Program-made: the position numbers and the translations under genes | In this document: positions 34,687 through 44,635 of the stretch, piece after piece | Layout: each line of letters opens with the position of its first letter | Numbering within the stretch: the stretch's first letter is position 1 | The notes under the pieces: generated by a model | Database searches by the model: none | Told to the model about the DNA's origin: nothing | Seen by the model: the letters and a program-made list of their open reading frames with translations, nothing else | DNA from: an uncultured Candidatus Peribacteria bacterium | GTDB taxonomy: Bacteria; Patescibacteriota; Gracilibacteria; UBA1369 | DNA length: 50,560 nucleotides | Assembly (NCBI GenBank): GCA_964526005.1 | Contig: CAZGKO010000006.1 | Location: 1-50,560, forward strand | Direction of reading: 5' to 3'

Positions 34687-37167
34687 ATGAATAAAACCAC
34701 AAAAACCACAAAAACCACAAAAAATACTGAAACAAATATAAATGATATAAAAAAAGCAACGATAAAAGATCTGTTTAAGAAATTTTCATCCAGCAAAAAA
34801 GGGCTTTCGACCTCAGAGGCAAAAGCTCGACTTCAAAAATATGGATATAACGAAATCTCTGAAAAGAAAGCAAATCCCTTCATAAAATTTTTAAATTATT
34901 TTTGGGGACCAATCCCATGGATGATTGAGGTTGCGGCAATTTTATCAATAATAATTGGTCACTGGGCAGATTTCTGGGTTATTTTTGCATTGCTATTATT
35001 AAATGCCGTAGTTGGATTTTGGCAAGAATACAAGGCAGATAATGCCATTGAATTGTTAAAACAAAGATTGGCACTGAAAACGCGAGTGCTGCGTGGTGGC
35101 AAGTGGTTCGAAATATCTGCTCAGGAGTTAGTCCCAGGAGATATCGTCCGTGTACGTTTGGGAGATATTGTTCCAGCTGACATTAAACTTATAGAGGGGG
35201 ATTATTTATCTGTAGACGAATCCGCATTAACCGGTGAATCATTACCTGTTGAAGAGCATGTTTCTGATATTGCTTATGCCGGTTCCATCATTCGCCAAGG
35301 TGAAATGAATGCATTAGTGGTTGCCACTGGAATGAGTACTTATTTTGGCAAGACGGCTAAACTGGTAGCAGAAGCCAAAACACAAAGTCACTTCCAAAAA
35401 GCTGTAGTTAAAATAGGAGATTATTTAATTGTTCTTGCCATTGCTTTAGTAACTATTATATTTCTTGTATCTATTTTTCGTCAGGAAAGTGTATTAGACA
35501 CGCTCCAATTTGCATTAGTTCTTACTATCGCAGCAATACCAGTGGCATTACCTGCAGTATTAACAGTTACTATGGCGGTAGGTGCAATGGCTTTAGCAAA
35601 AAAGAAAGCCATTGTCAGCAAGTTAGCTTCCATTGAAGAAATGGCAGGTATGGATATTTTGTGTTCAGATAAGACAGGTACCCTTACCAAAAACGAGTTA
35701 ACTCTGACAGAAGTAACACCTTTTAAGGGGTTCACCGTCAATGATGTATTACTTTTTGGGACTCTCGCATCCAGAGAAGAAAATCAGGATCCCATTGATG
35801 ATGTTATTATCAACAAAGCCAAAACTATAAAAACCATTAGCAAGGCGATTAATATATATAAGATCAAAAAATTTAAACCTTTTGATCCAGTTGTAAAACG
35901 TGTGGAAGCTGAAATAGAAGATAATCATGGCAAGTGTTTCAAAGTAGCTAAAGGAGCTCCTCAGGTTATTCTTTCACTCGTACTTAATACTACAAAAAAA
36001 ATTAGCGATAAGATAGAAGAACAGGTAAAAGATTTTGCTACCAAAGGTTTTCGCACACTCGGCGTAGCTAAAACCGATGCACATGGGAAATGGCAGTATG
36101 TTGGTCTTATTCCGCTTTTTGACCCACCTCGTGAAGATTCCGCAGAAACCATAAAAACAGCTGAATCTATGGGAGTAGCCGTTAAAATGGTCACTGGTGA
36201 TCATACCGCTATCGCCAAAGAAATAGCTCAAAAAGTGAATTTAGGCACCAATATTATGCCTGCTTCATCCTTTTTAAATAAACCTGATAGAATAGCAAAA
36301 CGCATTGTTGAACATGCTGATGGTTTTGCACAAGTATTTCCAGAGCATAAATACCATATCGTTGAACTACTTCAGAATACAGGACATATCATTGGTATGA
36401 CTGGAGATGGGGTCAATGATGCGCCAGCTCTAAAAAAAGCTGATACGGGAATTGCTGTTGCAGGAGCTACCGATGCAGCAAAATCAGCTGCCGACATCGT
36501 ACTCACAAGACCAGGACTTTCTGTTATTATTGATGCCATTAAGGAAAGTCGCAAGATTTTTCAACGTATGAATAGCTATGCTATCTATCGTATTGCCGAG
36601 ACTATTCGCGTGCTGTTCTTTATTACGTTTTCTATTATTGTATTTAATTTTTATCCCGTGACTGCCCTCATGATTGTCTTATTGGCACTATTTAACGATG
36701 CACCAATTATGGCAATTGCTTATGATAATGTCCATTATTCCAACAAACCTGAAAAATGGAAAATGCGAGTAGTTTTGAGTATGGCAACCTTATTGGGGCT
36801 GGTTGGTGTAGTTTCTTCTTTTGGTATATTTTATATTGCACTGGAAGTGTTACACCTACCTAGAGGAGTGATGCAGTCTTTTATCTTTCTTAAACTTGCG
36901 GTTGCGGGTCACTTAACCATATTTGTAACTCGTACTCATGGTCATTTCTGGTCTATTAAACCCAGTAAGGCTTTGTTTTGGTCAGCAGTGATTACTAAGG
37001 TGCTTGCAACTCTTCTTGTTGTGTATGGTTGGTATATATCACCAATTGGTTGGAAACTTGCATTATTTGTATGGGGATATGCTTTGGCAGCTTTTGTTAT
37101 AACAGACTTTATCAAAGTTCAGGCATATAAATTAGTAGATCATCAGAATATAAAGTTCCATAAATAA
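34687..37167 (+). CDS. P-type ATPase, type IIIA (plasma-membrane H+-ATPase-like)
   Basis: 826 aa. Contains TGES, the phosphorylation site CSDKTGTLTKN, MVTGDH, and the hinge MTGDGVNDAPALKKADTGIAVAGATDAAKSAADIVL, which closely resembles fungal, plant and archaeal proton pumps. The N-terminus, LSTSEAKARLQKYGYNEI, fits the same group. Confidence 0.8.
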   Translation: MNKTTKTTKTTKNTETNINDIKKATIKDLFKKFSSSKKGLSTSEAKARLQKYGYNEISEKKANPFIKFLNYFWGPIPWMIEVAAILSIIIGHWADFWVIFALLLLNAVVGFWQEYKADNAIELLKQRLALKTRVLRGGKWFEISAQELVPGDIVRVRLGDIVPADIKLIEGDYLSVDESALTGESLPVEEHVSDIAYAGSIIRQGEMNALVVATGMSTYFGKTAKLVAEAKTQSHFQKAVVKIGDYLIVLAIALVTIIFLVSIFRQESVLDTLQFALVLTIAAIPVALPAVLTVTMAVGAMALAKKKAIVSKLASIEEMAGMDILCSDKTGTLTKNELTLTEVTPFKGFTVNDVLLFGTLASREENQDPIDDVIINKAKTIKTISKAINIYKIKKFKPFDPVVKRVEAEIEDNHGKCFKVAKGAPQVILSLVLNTTKKISDKIEEQVKDFATKGFRTLGVAKTDAHGKWQYVGLIPLFDPPREDSAETIKTAESMGVAVKMVTGDHTAIAKEIAQKVNLGTNIMPASSFLNKPDRIAKRIVEHADGFAQVFPEHKYHIVELLQNTGHIIGMTGDGVNDAPALKKADTGIAVAGATDAAKSAADIVLTRPGLSVIIDAIKESRKIFQRMNSYAIYRIAETIRVLFFITFSIIVFNFYPVTALMIVLLALFNDAPIMAIAYDNVHYSNKPEKWKMRVVLSMATLLGLVGVVSSFGIFYIALEVLHLPRGVMQSFIFLKLAVAGHLTIFVTRTHGHFWSIKPSKALFWSAVITKVLATLLVVYGWYISPIGWKLALFVWGYALAAFVITDFIKVQAYKLVDHQNIKFHK

Positions 37168-37191
37168 AAAATAATTTGCCGATTCCAAACG

Positions 37192-37512
37192 CTACTGAAA
37201 CATTAAAGGAATATGGTATTCATCGTGTGCAAATTTACGTAAAACAGGTTCATTTTTAGCATAAATATCATAAGTAACATCCTTCATTGTATTCAGTAAT
37301 ATATATTCGTACATTTGTTCTATACCAAAATCTTGGAAACGCTTAGCCATTTGAATGGGCATACCAATTATACGCGCTTTGAGCCATTCAACGTATTTTA
37401 TTGATTTGTTTGACAGTTGGGTTAGGGACACAACATCACTTTTTAATTCCTCTTCACTTAATTGAGTATTTTTATACAATTGCATAACACGTTCATCTAA
37501 AGTGGGAATCAT
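37192..37512 (-). CDS. Hypothetical protein, 106 aa
   Basis: ORF only. Confidence 0.4.
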   Translation of the reverse strand: MIPTLDERVMQLYKNTQLSEEELKSDVVSLTQLSNKSIKYVEWLKARIIGMPIQMAKRFQDFGIEQMYEYILLNTMKDVTYDIYAKNEPVLRKFAHDEYHIPLMFQ

Positions 37513-37701
37513 ACGATTTTCATTTTCTCTTAAAATAATATTGCATTATCAAACAAAAATCATAATAAGTCAAATCAAATAAAATTCGAGACAATCTATC
37601 ACTATCTCTAAATTCAATCCATTAATTACCGTCCTCAAAAATTTTGCTTTTTCAAATTTTTCATACTAAAATACCCACACATTTCAAAACAACAACAATA
37701 G

Positions 37702-37776
37702 GGCGGTATAGCCAAGTGGTAAGGCAGCGGTTTGCAAAACCGCCATTCCCCGGTTCAAATCCGGGTGCCGCCTCCA
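37702..37776 (+). tRNA. tRNA-Cys (anticodon GCA), CCA encoded, discriminator U73
   Basis: GGCGGTATAGCCAAGTGGTAAGGCAGCGGTTTGCAAAACCGCCATTCCCCGGTTCAAATCCGGGTGCCGCCTCCA. The acceptor stem GGCGGTA/TGCCGCC pairs, the anticodon loop is TTGCAAA, and the T-loop is GGTTCAAATCC. Confidence 0.9.
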
Positions 37777-37896
37777 ATTTACATTAATAGATTTTTCAAT
37801 CTTCATATTAAAATATATAAAATTAAATAATTATTATTTGCTCAAAATTATTTTCCACTATATACTCTGACAAAATAAAACTTAACTTTCATTATA

Positions 37897-38862
37897 ATGA
37901 ATAAACAGCAACTGTCTGCTAATGACATGCTTGATAAAATGAATATGATAAAATTTATCAGTGTTCTTAAAGAAGCCTGGTCTCTAGTACTCAAAAATCC
38001 ATTGATGTTATTTTTAGTTTTGGCCATCCCAGTCATCATTGCTGGAATTTTAGAGCAATTTGTTTACCCTCCCATTTATGGAATTTTTGCTGGCGGAGGA
38101 GCAATCATAATAATATTGCTCGCACTTATTTTTATACTTCTCAATACTGCGATCGGTTTCTTTGGATTAGGAGCTTTAGTTCGAGCTACTCAATATATTA
38201 ATAAAGGAAAAGCGGTGAACCTTGGTGAAATTTATAATTATGTAAAACAACACTTTGTTGGAGGTGTCAAATTAGCTATTCGTCTCTTCTTTTATACCGG
38301 CGCATGGATTCCAATAGTTTATTTGTTGATTATGGGAGCATTGACTACCTTTGGTCTTTATTCCGGCAAGGCCGGTGCTGCTATGCTTGGCTTGGTTGGT
38401 TTACTTGGATTATTATTTATTTTTGTAATAATTGCTTATATAATCCTCTTTTTCAAAAAAATTATTAATTCCAGTTTCTCCTATATTTACTTTTTCACTG
38501 ATGAACATCCAGAAGTTGAACCCTCATTACAAAGCAGTATTAAAACTTGTGAAAACCTCACTTGGACTATTTTTGGAAATTACTTTTTGATGGGAATAGT
38601 TGCTTGGTTAATTGCATTAGTACTTGGAGCTATTTTAACTCCAATTTTTATTACTTTAGGATTAGGAGGCTATCAGATTGGAGGTTCAGCCATCTTAGCA
38701 TCTTTAATTGGTGCCGTAGTCGGAATTTTATCTTTTGTTTTTCAATATAAATTAAAAGAACAGGTTGAAGCATTTCGTTCTTCTGGCAAGTCATCAATAC
38801 ATCATGAAGAACATCATGATCACAATGAACAGCTCCATAAGAATCATGAAGAACATAAATAA
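37897..38862 (+). CDS. Polytopic membrane protein with a His-rich C-terminal tail
   Basis: 321 aa with multiple Gly-rich TM helices. The tail is SSIHHEEHHDHNEQLHKNHEEHK. Confidence 0.55.
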   Translation: MNKQQLSANDMLDKMNMIKFISVLKEAWSLVLKNPLMLFLVLAIPVIIAGILEQFVYPPIYGIFAGGGAIIIILLALIFILLNTAIGFFGLGALVRATQYINKGKAVNLGEIYNYVKQHFVGGVKLAIRLFFYTGAWIPIVYLLIMGALTTFGLYSGKAGAAMLGLVGLLGLLFIFVIIAYIILFFKKIINSSFSYIYFFTDEHPEVEPSLQSSIKTCENLTWTIFGNYFLMGIVAWLIALVLGAILTPIFITLGLGGYQIGGSAILASLIGAVVGILSFVFQYKLKEQVEAFRSSGKSSIHHEEHHDHNEQLHKNHEEHK

Positions 38863-38873
38863 TATATACAAAT

Positions 38874-38935
38874 ATAGAATGTAGAATAAAAAATCCCCCG
38901 CCTGCAGGCAGGGGATTTTTTATTCTACATTCTAT
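38874..38935. terminator. 62-bp near-perfect palindrome acting as a bidirectional terminator between convergent genes
   Basis: ATAGAATGTAGAATAAAAAATCCCCCGCCTGC/AGGCAGGGGATTTTTTATTCTACATTCTAT. It has a GC-rich core hairpin flanked by A/T runs on both strands. The right arm includes the last argS codons. Confidence 0.75.
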
Positions 38936-41543
38936 CAAAAACGGACAATCCCAAAGTTTTCAATCCATTTTCCAGCACTATTTCTACTCCTTTTACTAAT
39001 TTTAATCTAAAGTTCCTTAATTCATAATTTTCAGTTCTAAGCACTGGTATAGCCTGATAAAAAGAATTAAAGGTTTGAGCAACTTCAAAGAGATAATAGG
39101 TAAATAAATTTGGTTTATAATTCTTTACGGCATTAGATAATTTTTCACTGTACCTAATTAATATTTTTAACAATTTGATTTCCATTTCATTATCCAACGG
39201 CTTTGCATTCATTTCAGCACTAATTTTTTGAGTATCTTCAATAGAAAATAAAGAAGTTTGATCTTCAGAATTCTTTTCCAAACTATTATCCGCTTTTCTT
39301 AAAATACTTTTCGCTCGTGCCAATGAATATTCCAAATAAGGAGCAGAATTACCCTCAAAACTCATTACCTTCTCCCATTCAAAAGTAAAATCACTTTCTG
39401 GCGCTTGAACAATCATTGCATATTTAACGGCTGAAACACCCATTTCCTGAGCAATCAACTTTTGTTCCTTGGAATTTAAGTCTAATCCCTTTTCTTTAAT
39501 AATAGCCGCCGCCCTATTTATCGCTTCTTGTAATAAATCTTTACCTAAAATAATGTTTCCTTTTCTAGTACTCATAGATCCCTCGGGAAGTCTCATTCGT
39601 CCATAAACTACATGTTTCATTTCAGTATTGCTCAAACCAAGTTTCTTGGCGGCGGCAAACACTTGATTAAAATGCATAGTTTGAGCCACATCCACTACAT
39701 AAATTAATTTTTTTAAATTTCTATCTGTTGAACGATCTTCAATACTAGCCAAATCACGGGTAGCATATAAAGTAGTGCCATCAGCTTTTTGCATCAATAA
39801 ATCTGGCAAACCAACATCTTCCAATTTAATAATATAAGCTCCTTTTTCCCCTTCTATAATTTTTCTCTCTATTTTAAATTTTTCTAATAATTTTTGAGCA
39901 GGTGCAATATACACATTTTCACCTTTTCGCCAATCATGTTTCACTCCCAATGTAGCATAAATTTGATCCGCCTCTTTCATTGATTTTACCACAATCCATT
40001 TCCAGATGTCTAAATTTTCTGGATTTTTTTCTTCTAGTTTTTTATATTCAGCCCGACCTTTTTCCTCTAAAGTAGGATCTTGTTCAACTTCACTATGAAA
40101 TTTAATATAAAGTTTCAAAAGTTCAGTTATTGGATCTTTTTCAATTTGTTTACGATCTCCCCATGTTTTATATGCATAAATTAAATTACCAAATTGTGTA
40201 CCCATATCACCAGGCCAATCTGCAGCAATTACCCGATAACCACTAGCTCTAAATAAATTAACCAAACTTTGCCCGATTACTATGGTCATCAAGTGATGTA
40301 CACCAAAAGGTTTAGCAATATTTAGAGATCCATATTCAATCATAACTTTCTCTCCTTTTCCCAAATTAATTTTTCCATAATTTTCATTTTCTTCAATTAT
40401 TAAATTTAATTGTTCCAATAGATTATTCTTAGAGAGGTAAAAATTAATAAACCCCGGTGGCAATACTGAAATTTCATCAATATAGTCTGGCTTAGGTAAA
40501 ATGCTTTTTAATTCAGTAGCCAAATCAAGCGATGATTTATCAAGTCTTTTAGAGATTTTTAAAGCAATGGAACAAGCAAAATCTCCATAATGTTCATCTT
40601 TAGGAGTTTCAATTTCCAAATTACGAACAAGCTCTGAAACTTCATTATTACCTTTATAATAATTCAACAGAGTTTCAACCATGATAGCTTTAAGCTTATC
40701 TTGAAGGTTATTTTCTTCTTTTTGATTTTTCATAAAATTATTATTTTTAATTTGTTTTTCTCCATCCAAGTGAGGTATCGGGATTAAGTCAAGATTTTGT
40801 TCTTCTTGTACTGGAATTGCATTTACAATAATATCTTCAGTTACAGTTCCTGTTTGCTGCTCTGTATTAAATATATCCTCTTCAGCACTCTTCCTTTGTA
40901 CTTCTAATTCTTTTTCTGAAGTATAACCCAAATCATGACTTGGTTCTTCATTTTTCAACACAAAATAGTCACTGATTTCCGCAAACATGTATTTATTTAA
41001 ATTCGCTTCAATATCATGATGAATCTGTTCCAGATCCTCTTCTGATAAATGAGTCAGATTGGGAAACCAAAAAACAGCATGTCTAGTTTCAATATTAAAA
41101 TCCAGTTCAGGGGCTTTTTTCCCTTTTTTTGATTCATAAAAATCAACCAAATAATCACCATCTGCCTGATCAAGATCAAAACCAAATATTGGTAAGAAAT
41201 ATTTAAAAGAAAAATAATTTAATAAATTAGCAAAATTATTTCCCAAATCCACTTCTTTATCACCTTGCACTTTCTTAATACGATTACTAAATAAATAAGA
41301 CTCTAACAAAGTGCTTTCTGGATCAAGAGTATGGTTAATATAAGTTTCAAAGAAATTTCTTTTACTCGGGGTTTTTAATTTATTTCTTGCAACTACGGAA
41401 GCCCCTCGCAATAATTGAGTTACTGTTGAAGATTTACGTAGATTATTAAGGTTTTTAACCAGAAAACAATGAAATTTAATTCCTGGTATTTTACTGATCA
41501 AATTATCTCCAAGTTTTAATTTCATACAATTTATATTAAGCAT
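38925..41543 (-). CDS. argS: Arginine--tRNA ligase with an N-terminal extension of about 280 aa (B3/4-domain-like)
   Basis: 872 aa. The canonical ArgRS part starts near residue 290. It has a HIGH-region equivalent IEYGSLNIAKPFGVHHLMTIVIG, an anticodon-binding domain, and the conserved C-terminal ...FDRM. The extension contains LGNNFANLLNYFSFKYFLPIFGFDLDQADGDYLVDF, which resembles COG3382 / PheRS-beta B3/4 domains. Confidence 0.85.
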   Translation of the reverse strand: MLNINCMKLKLGDNLISKIPGIKFHCFLVKNLNNLRKSSTVTQLLRGASVVARNKLKTPSKRNFFETYINHTLDPESTLLESYLFSNRIKKVQGDKEVDLGNNFANLLNYFSFKYFLPIFGFDLDQADGDYLVDFYESKKGKKAPELDFNIETRHAVFWFPNLTHLSEEDLEQIHHDIEANLNKYMFAEISDYFVLKNEEPSHDLGYTSEKELEVQRKSAEEDIFNTEQQTGTVTEDIIVNAIPVQEEQNLDLIPIPHLDGEKQIKNNNFMKNQKEENNLQDKLKAIMVETLLNYYKGNNEVSELVRNLEIETPKDEHYGDFACSIALKISKRLDKSSLDLATELKSILPKPDYIDEISVLPPGFINFYLSKNNLLEQLNLIIEENENYGKINLGKGEKVMIEYGSLNIAKPFGVHHLMTIVIGQSLVNLFRASGYRVIAADWPGDMGTQFGNLIYAYKTWGDRKQIEKDPITELLKLYIKFHSEVEQDPTLEEKGRAEYKKLEEKNPENLDIWKWIVVKSMKEADQIYATLGVKHDWRKGENVYIAPAQKLLEKFKIERKIIEGEKGAYIIKLEDVGLPDLLMQKADGTTLYATRDLASIEDRSTDRNLKKLIYVVDVAQTMHFNQVFAAAKKLGLSNTEMKHVVYGRMRLPEGSMSTRKGNIILGKDLLQEAINRAAAIIKEKGLDLNSKEQKLIAQEMGVSAVKYAMIVQAPESDFTFEWEKVMSFEGNSAPYLEYSLARAKSILRKADNSLEKNSEDQTSLFSIEDTQKISAEMNAKPLDNEMEIKLLKILIRYSEKLSNAVKNYKPNLFTYYLFEVAQTFNSFYQAIPVLRTENYELRNFRLKLVKGVEIVLENGLKTLGLSVFDRM

Positions 41544-41725
41544 GCTTATTATAGTTAATTTGTTTAGTGGGAAAAAGCCAAAAAACCAAAATCAACTAGC
41601 CAATATATTACTCAATTAAAAAAGAATATGTCAATAGGATATATATTAAAACAAAGCTGTAGGGTTTAAAAAACCTACAAAATCTGATAGAATATAAAGA
41701 TTTCACAAAAAATAAACAAAAAAAT

Positions 41726-43270
41726 ATGAAAGCAAAAAAACTATTTACACTAATTTCCATCACTACTCTGGTATTAATTAATGCTTCTGTAGTTTTCGCT
41801 CAAAACAAAACTAACACCAGCAACACTATTCCAGACAATTATGTTGCTCAAGCGGTGGACACATCCTTCCCTTCAGATGTTTCTAATCTTAAAGCGGTTG
41901 CCGGTGACGGCAAAATCACTTTGAGCTGGGATGCCGCTACCGACAATGTTGGAGTAAAAGGATACAAAATTTTCTACGGCACAACTCCAGTTACCGCTGA
42001 ATTGGGAAGTTATACCTTGGGTCCAATCGATGCTGGTAATGTATTAAGTTATGATATTAGCAGTTTGACCAATGGAACAGCTTATTATTTTGCTGTCACC
42101 GCCTATGATGCTGCCGGCAATGAATCACAATTTTATAGCAATGAGGCAACAGCCACACCTAATGGGTCAACAATCGATAACATTGCTCCAAGAGTAGTTT
42201 CCGCTGAAGCCCTTGATATGAACACGGTCAAAGTAGTTTTTTCTGAAGCAATTGTACTTCCTTTAGTCAATCCTGCTTCTGCTTTCTCTATTAAAAATGA
42301 TCTCACATCAACGGAACTCACAGTTACCGATGCTATAGTTGATGCTTCCGATACTTCTCAAAAAACTGTTTTACTTGATACTGCCAATCAAGAAGCCAAA
42401 GGAAATTATCTTTTAACCGCTGGTATTACTATTAAAGATAAAGCAGGTAATCCAATTATTTCCGGAACCAGTGACACTGCTGTTTTCACTGGATCAGCAA
42501 AGGCTAAAACAGAATTAAAACCTGCCGCTACTCAACAAACAGATACCACTGCTCCTATATTTAAACAAGTTCAAGCTACTGATAACAATACCGTTCAAAT
42601 TACTTTCTCCAAACCTGTTGTACTTCAAGCTGATGCTCGTTCCAATTTTATTATTACTGAAGCTTCCGACAATACTAAAATTATTAATATCAATAAAGCC
42701 GATATTGGAGCAACTGGTCTTCAAGTGACTTTAACCACTGATCCTCTCCAAAATATTAAATATAATTTAATTGCCGTTAAAGTTATGGACAGTTCAGGCA
42801 ATGAAATGGATCCTCAACATAATGCCACCACTTTCCAGGGACCTACTACAGCAGCAACAAGTCCTTCACAGCAATTGGTTCAAAATGCTGCTCAAGATTT
42901 AGTTGCCCAAGCTGTTGGTAATTTAATGGCAAAACTTACATGGAGTACTAATCCAACTAAATTGGCTTCAATTGCCAGTTTTGTACTTTATATGAGTACC
43001 GATCAAGGAGCAACATGGGGAAAAGGAATTGTTGTAGGCAAAGATCAAAATTACTATTCCTTTGATAAATTAAAAGCCGGTATAACTTATTATTTCAAAA
43101 TTACTTCCCGTGATGCTAAGGGTAATGAAAGTGATGCTCTTCAAACTTATTTGACAATGAAACTTCCTAAAACTGGTCCAGAACTTGGATTATTACTTTT
43201 TGGATCACTCGGAGGTGGAGCTATCTTCAGTCTTAAGAAAAAGAAGAAAGCTAAAAAAGCCAAGAAATAA
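41726..43270 (+). CDS. Sortase-anchored (LPXTG) cell-surface protein with FN3 and Ig-like repeats
   Basis: 514 aa. Signal peptide, two FN3-like modules (LSWDAATDNVGVKGYKIFYG...YYFAVTAYDAAGNES and LTWSTNP...YYFKITSRDAKGNES), then C-terminal LPKTG, a hydrophobic helix and a KKKKKAKKAKK tail. Confidence 0.8.
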   Translation: MKAKKLFTLISITTLVLINASVVFAQNKTNTSNTIPDNYVAQAVDTSFPSDVSNLKAVAGDGKITLSWDAATDNVGVKGYKIFYGTTPVTAELGSYTLGPIDAGNVLSYDISSLTNGTAYYFAVTAYDAAGNESQFYSNEATATPNGSTIDNIAPRVVSAEALDMNTVKVVFSEAIVLPLVNPASAFSIKNDLTSTELTVTDAIVDASDTSQKTVLLDTANQEAKGNYLLTAGITIKDKAGNPIISGTSDTAVFTGSAKAKTELKPAATQQTDTTAPIFKQVQATDNNTVQITFSKPVVLQADARSNFIITEASDNTKIININKADIGATGLQVTLTTDPLQNIKYNLIAVKVMDSSGNEMDPQHNATTFQGPTTAATSPSQQLVQNAAQDLVAQAVGNLMAKLTWSTNPTKLASIASFVLYMSTDQGATWGKGIVVGKDQNYYSFDKLKAGITYYFKITSRDAKGNESDALQTYLTMKLPKTGPELGLLLFGSLGGGAIFSLKKKKKAKKAKK

Positions 43271-43296
43271 TTTTATTTTCATATTACCAAGAGCAT

Positions 43297-43330
43297 AAAA
43301 GACCCCCTCGCATTCGCGAGGGGGTCTTTT
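43297..43330. terminator. Bidirectional rho-independent terminator
   Basis: A perfect 15-bp stem, AAAAGACCCCCTCGC-ATTC-GCGAGGGGGTCTTTT, between convergent genes. Confidence 0.85.
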
Positions 43331-43341
43331 ATAGAATTTTC

Positions 43342-44475
43342 TTATTTTATCAAAGCATATACCCATGGACCATTTGAAGGACTTGGCACTTCCATTTTCG
43401 GCAATGTTCCATTTCCATTACAAACTGTCAAATCTGAGAAATTTGAGACAAGAGCATTGCCATCCTTGCTCTCATTCATTACGGAAACCAAAGCATATCC
43501 AGATTGTGTTTTACAATACATATAATTAATTAAACATCCTCCAACACCTTGGCTTGTCGGATCATTTGGGATTTTAGCTCCATCAAAATAATTTGATAAA
43601 TTTACATTATTTGAAAGATTATTTATACAACTGCCCCTCGGAATAGCATCAGGATAATTTCCATTTTTAGTAAAATATTTATTTAAGGCAGAAGAAATAT
43701 TATGTAAATCCGTTCTACGTATAGAATCTTGTCTCATCGCTGAAGAAATAATATAGGTTGTTTTTTGACCAAGTTTAAAATCATTGTCTTTTTGAGAGGA
43801 GTTATAGTCAATCGCATCATGATTATACATCACTGCCGCTCGATAAAGCATTTCGGCAACTTCACTACGGGTCATATTCCCACTTGGAACATAATCACCC
43901 GTAGATTCGGCATGCACTGTGGCAAGAATATTTGTTCCTACTGCAAAATTTATATATGGAGCATACCATTGGCTTTGATCAATATCTTTAAAAACATCTT
44001 TAAATTGAGGTGTCAGGGTTGAAGCAGTTTTAGTGGTTAGAGGTGATGGAATTAACATTGTAACAGTCATTTTTACCGCTTCGGCACGATTCACGCATTG
44101 AGCTGGTTTAAAAGTTCCATCCGGATAACCTTGAATAATTGGATGTGTTGGAATTGCGGCAATATTAATATATTTTGCATACCAGGCATTTGGATCAGTA
44201 TCTTTAAACTTAATAGTTTTAAGCTTTGAATAATCGGTATTGGAAGGATACAAAGTGTTGACTAACATCTTCAAAAACTCAACACGATTCACGCATTGAG
44301 CTGGTTTAAAGGTTTTATTACTGTAGCCTTGAATTACACCCTGATTCGCCATCCAATTGATAGCATAATGATAAACCGTACTATCATTCACATCAGAAAA
44401 TTTTGCTTGAGCAATACCCACAAATAACAAGCTGGAAATAATAAATAGTCCAAGAAATTTATAGAGATTTTTCAT
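43342..44475 (-). CDS. Secreted protein with three SLH domains and a pilin-like C-terminal globular region
   Basis: 377 aa. Signal peptide, then three SLH repeats (FSDVNDSTVYHYAINWMANQGVIQGYSNKTFKPAQCVNRVEFLKM, FKDTDPNAWY...GYPDGTFKPAQCVNRAEAVKM, FKDIDQSQWY...MTRSEVAEML). Confidence 0.75.
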   Translation of the reverse strand: MKNLYKFLGLFIISSLLFVGIAQAKFSDVNDSTVYHYAINWMANQGVIQGYSNKTFKPAQCVNRVEFLKMLVNTLYPSNTDYSKLKTIKFKDTDPNAWYAKYINIAAIPTHPIIQGYPDGTFKPAQCVNRAEAVKMTVTMLIPSPLTTKTASTLTPQFKDVFKDIDQSQWYAPYINFAVGTNILATVHAESTGDYVPSGNMTRSEVAEMLYRAAVMYNHDAIDYNSSQKDNDFKLGQKTTYIISSAMRQDSIRRTDLHNISSALNKYFTKNGNYPDAIPRGSCINNLSNNVNLSNYFDGAKIPNDPTSQGVGGCLINYMYCKTQSGYALVSVMNESKDGNALVSNFSDLTVCNGNGTLPKMEVPSPSNGPWVYALIK

Positions 44476-44635
44476 AATAAAATATTTATTTGTACTTTAT
44501 ATAAATATATATCATAGAAGTTAAAAAACACTAATTGACGGGGAGAACAGATATGTCATCATTAATGGATTTAGTATTTGATTAATCAAACATTCATATT
44601 TTAATTAAGAAATATTTTATTATCTATTCAGAGTA

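Noticed and set aside
34693-34719. The 9-bp repeat AAAACCACA x3 at the start of the P-ATPase is echoed by AAAAACCACAAAAACCACAAAAGCC at 49783..49807, which might represent a dispersed repeat family.
   Set aside because: The sequences are short and low-complexity. Both lie inside coding sequence on different strands, encoding KTTKTTKTT and a hydrophobic VVFVVF segment. This is most likely coincidence.
38651-38938. A 95-aa minus-strand ORF overlapping the 3' end of the His-tail membrane protein gene.
   Set aside because: It lies antisense to a better-supported ORF and runs through the bidirectional terminator palindrome.
41726-43270. The surface protein could be the target of a diversity-generating retroelement or other hypervariation system.
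   Set aside because: No reverse transcriptase, template repeat or adenine-biased variable region is visible in the window.
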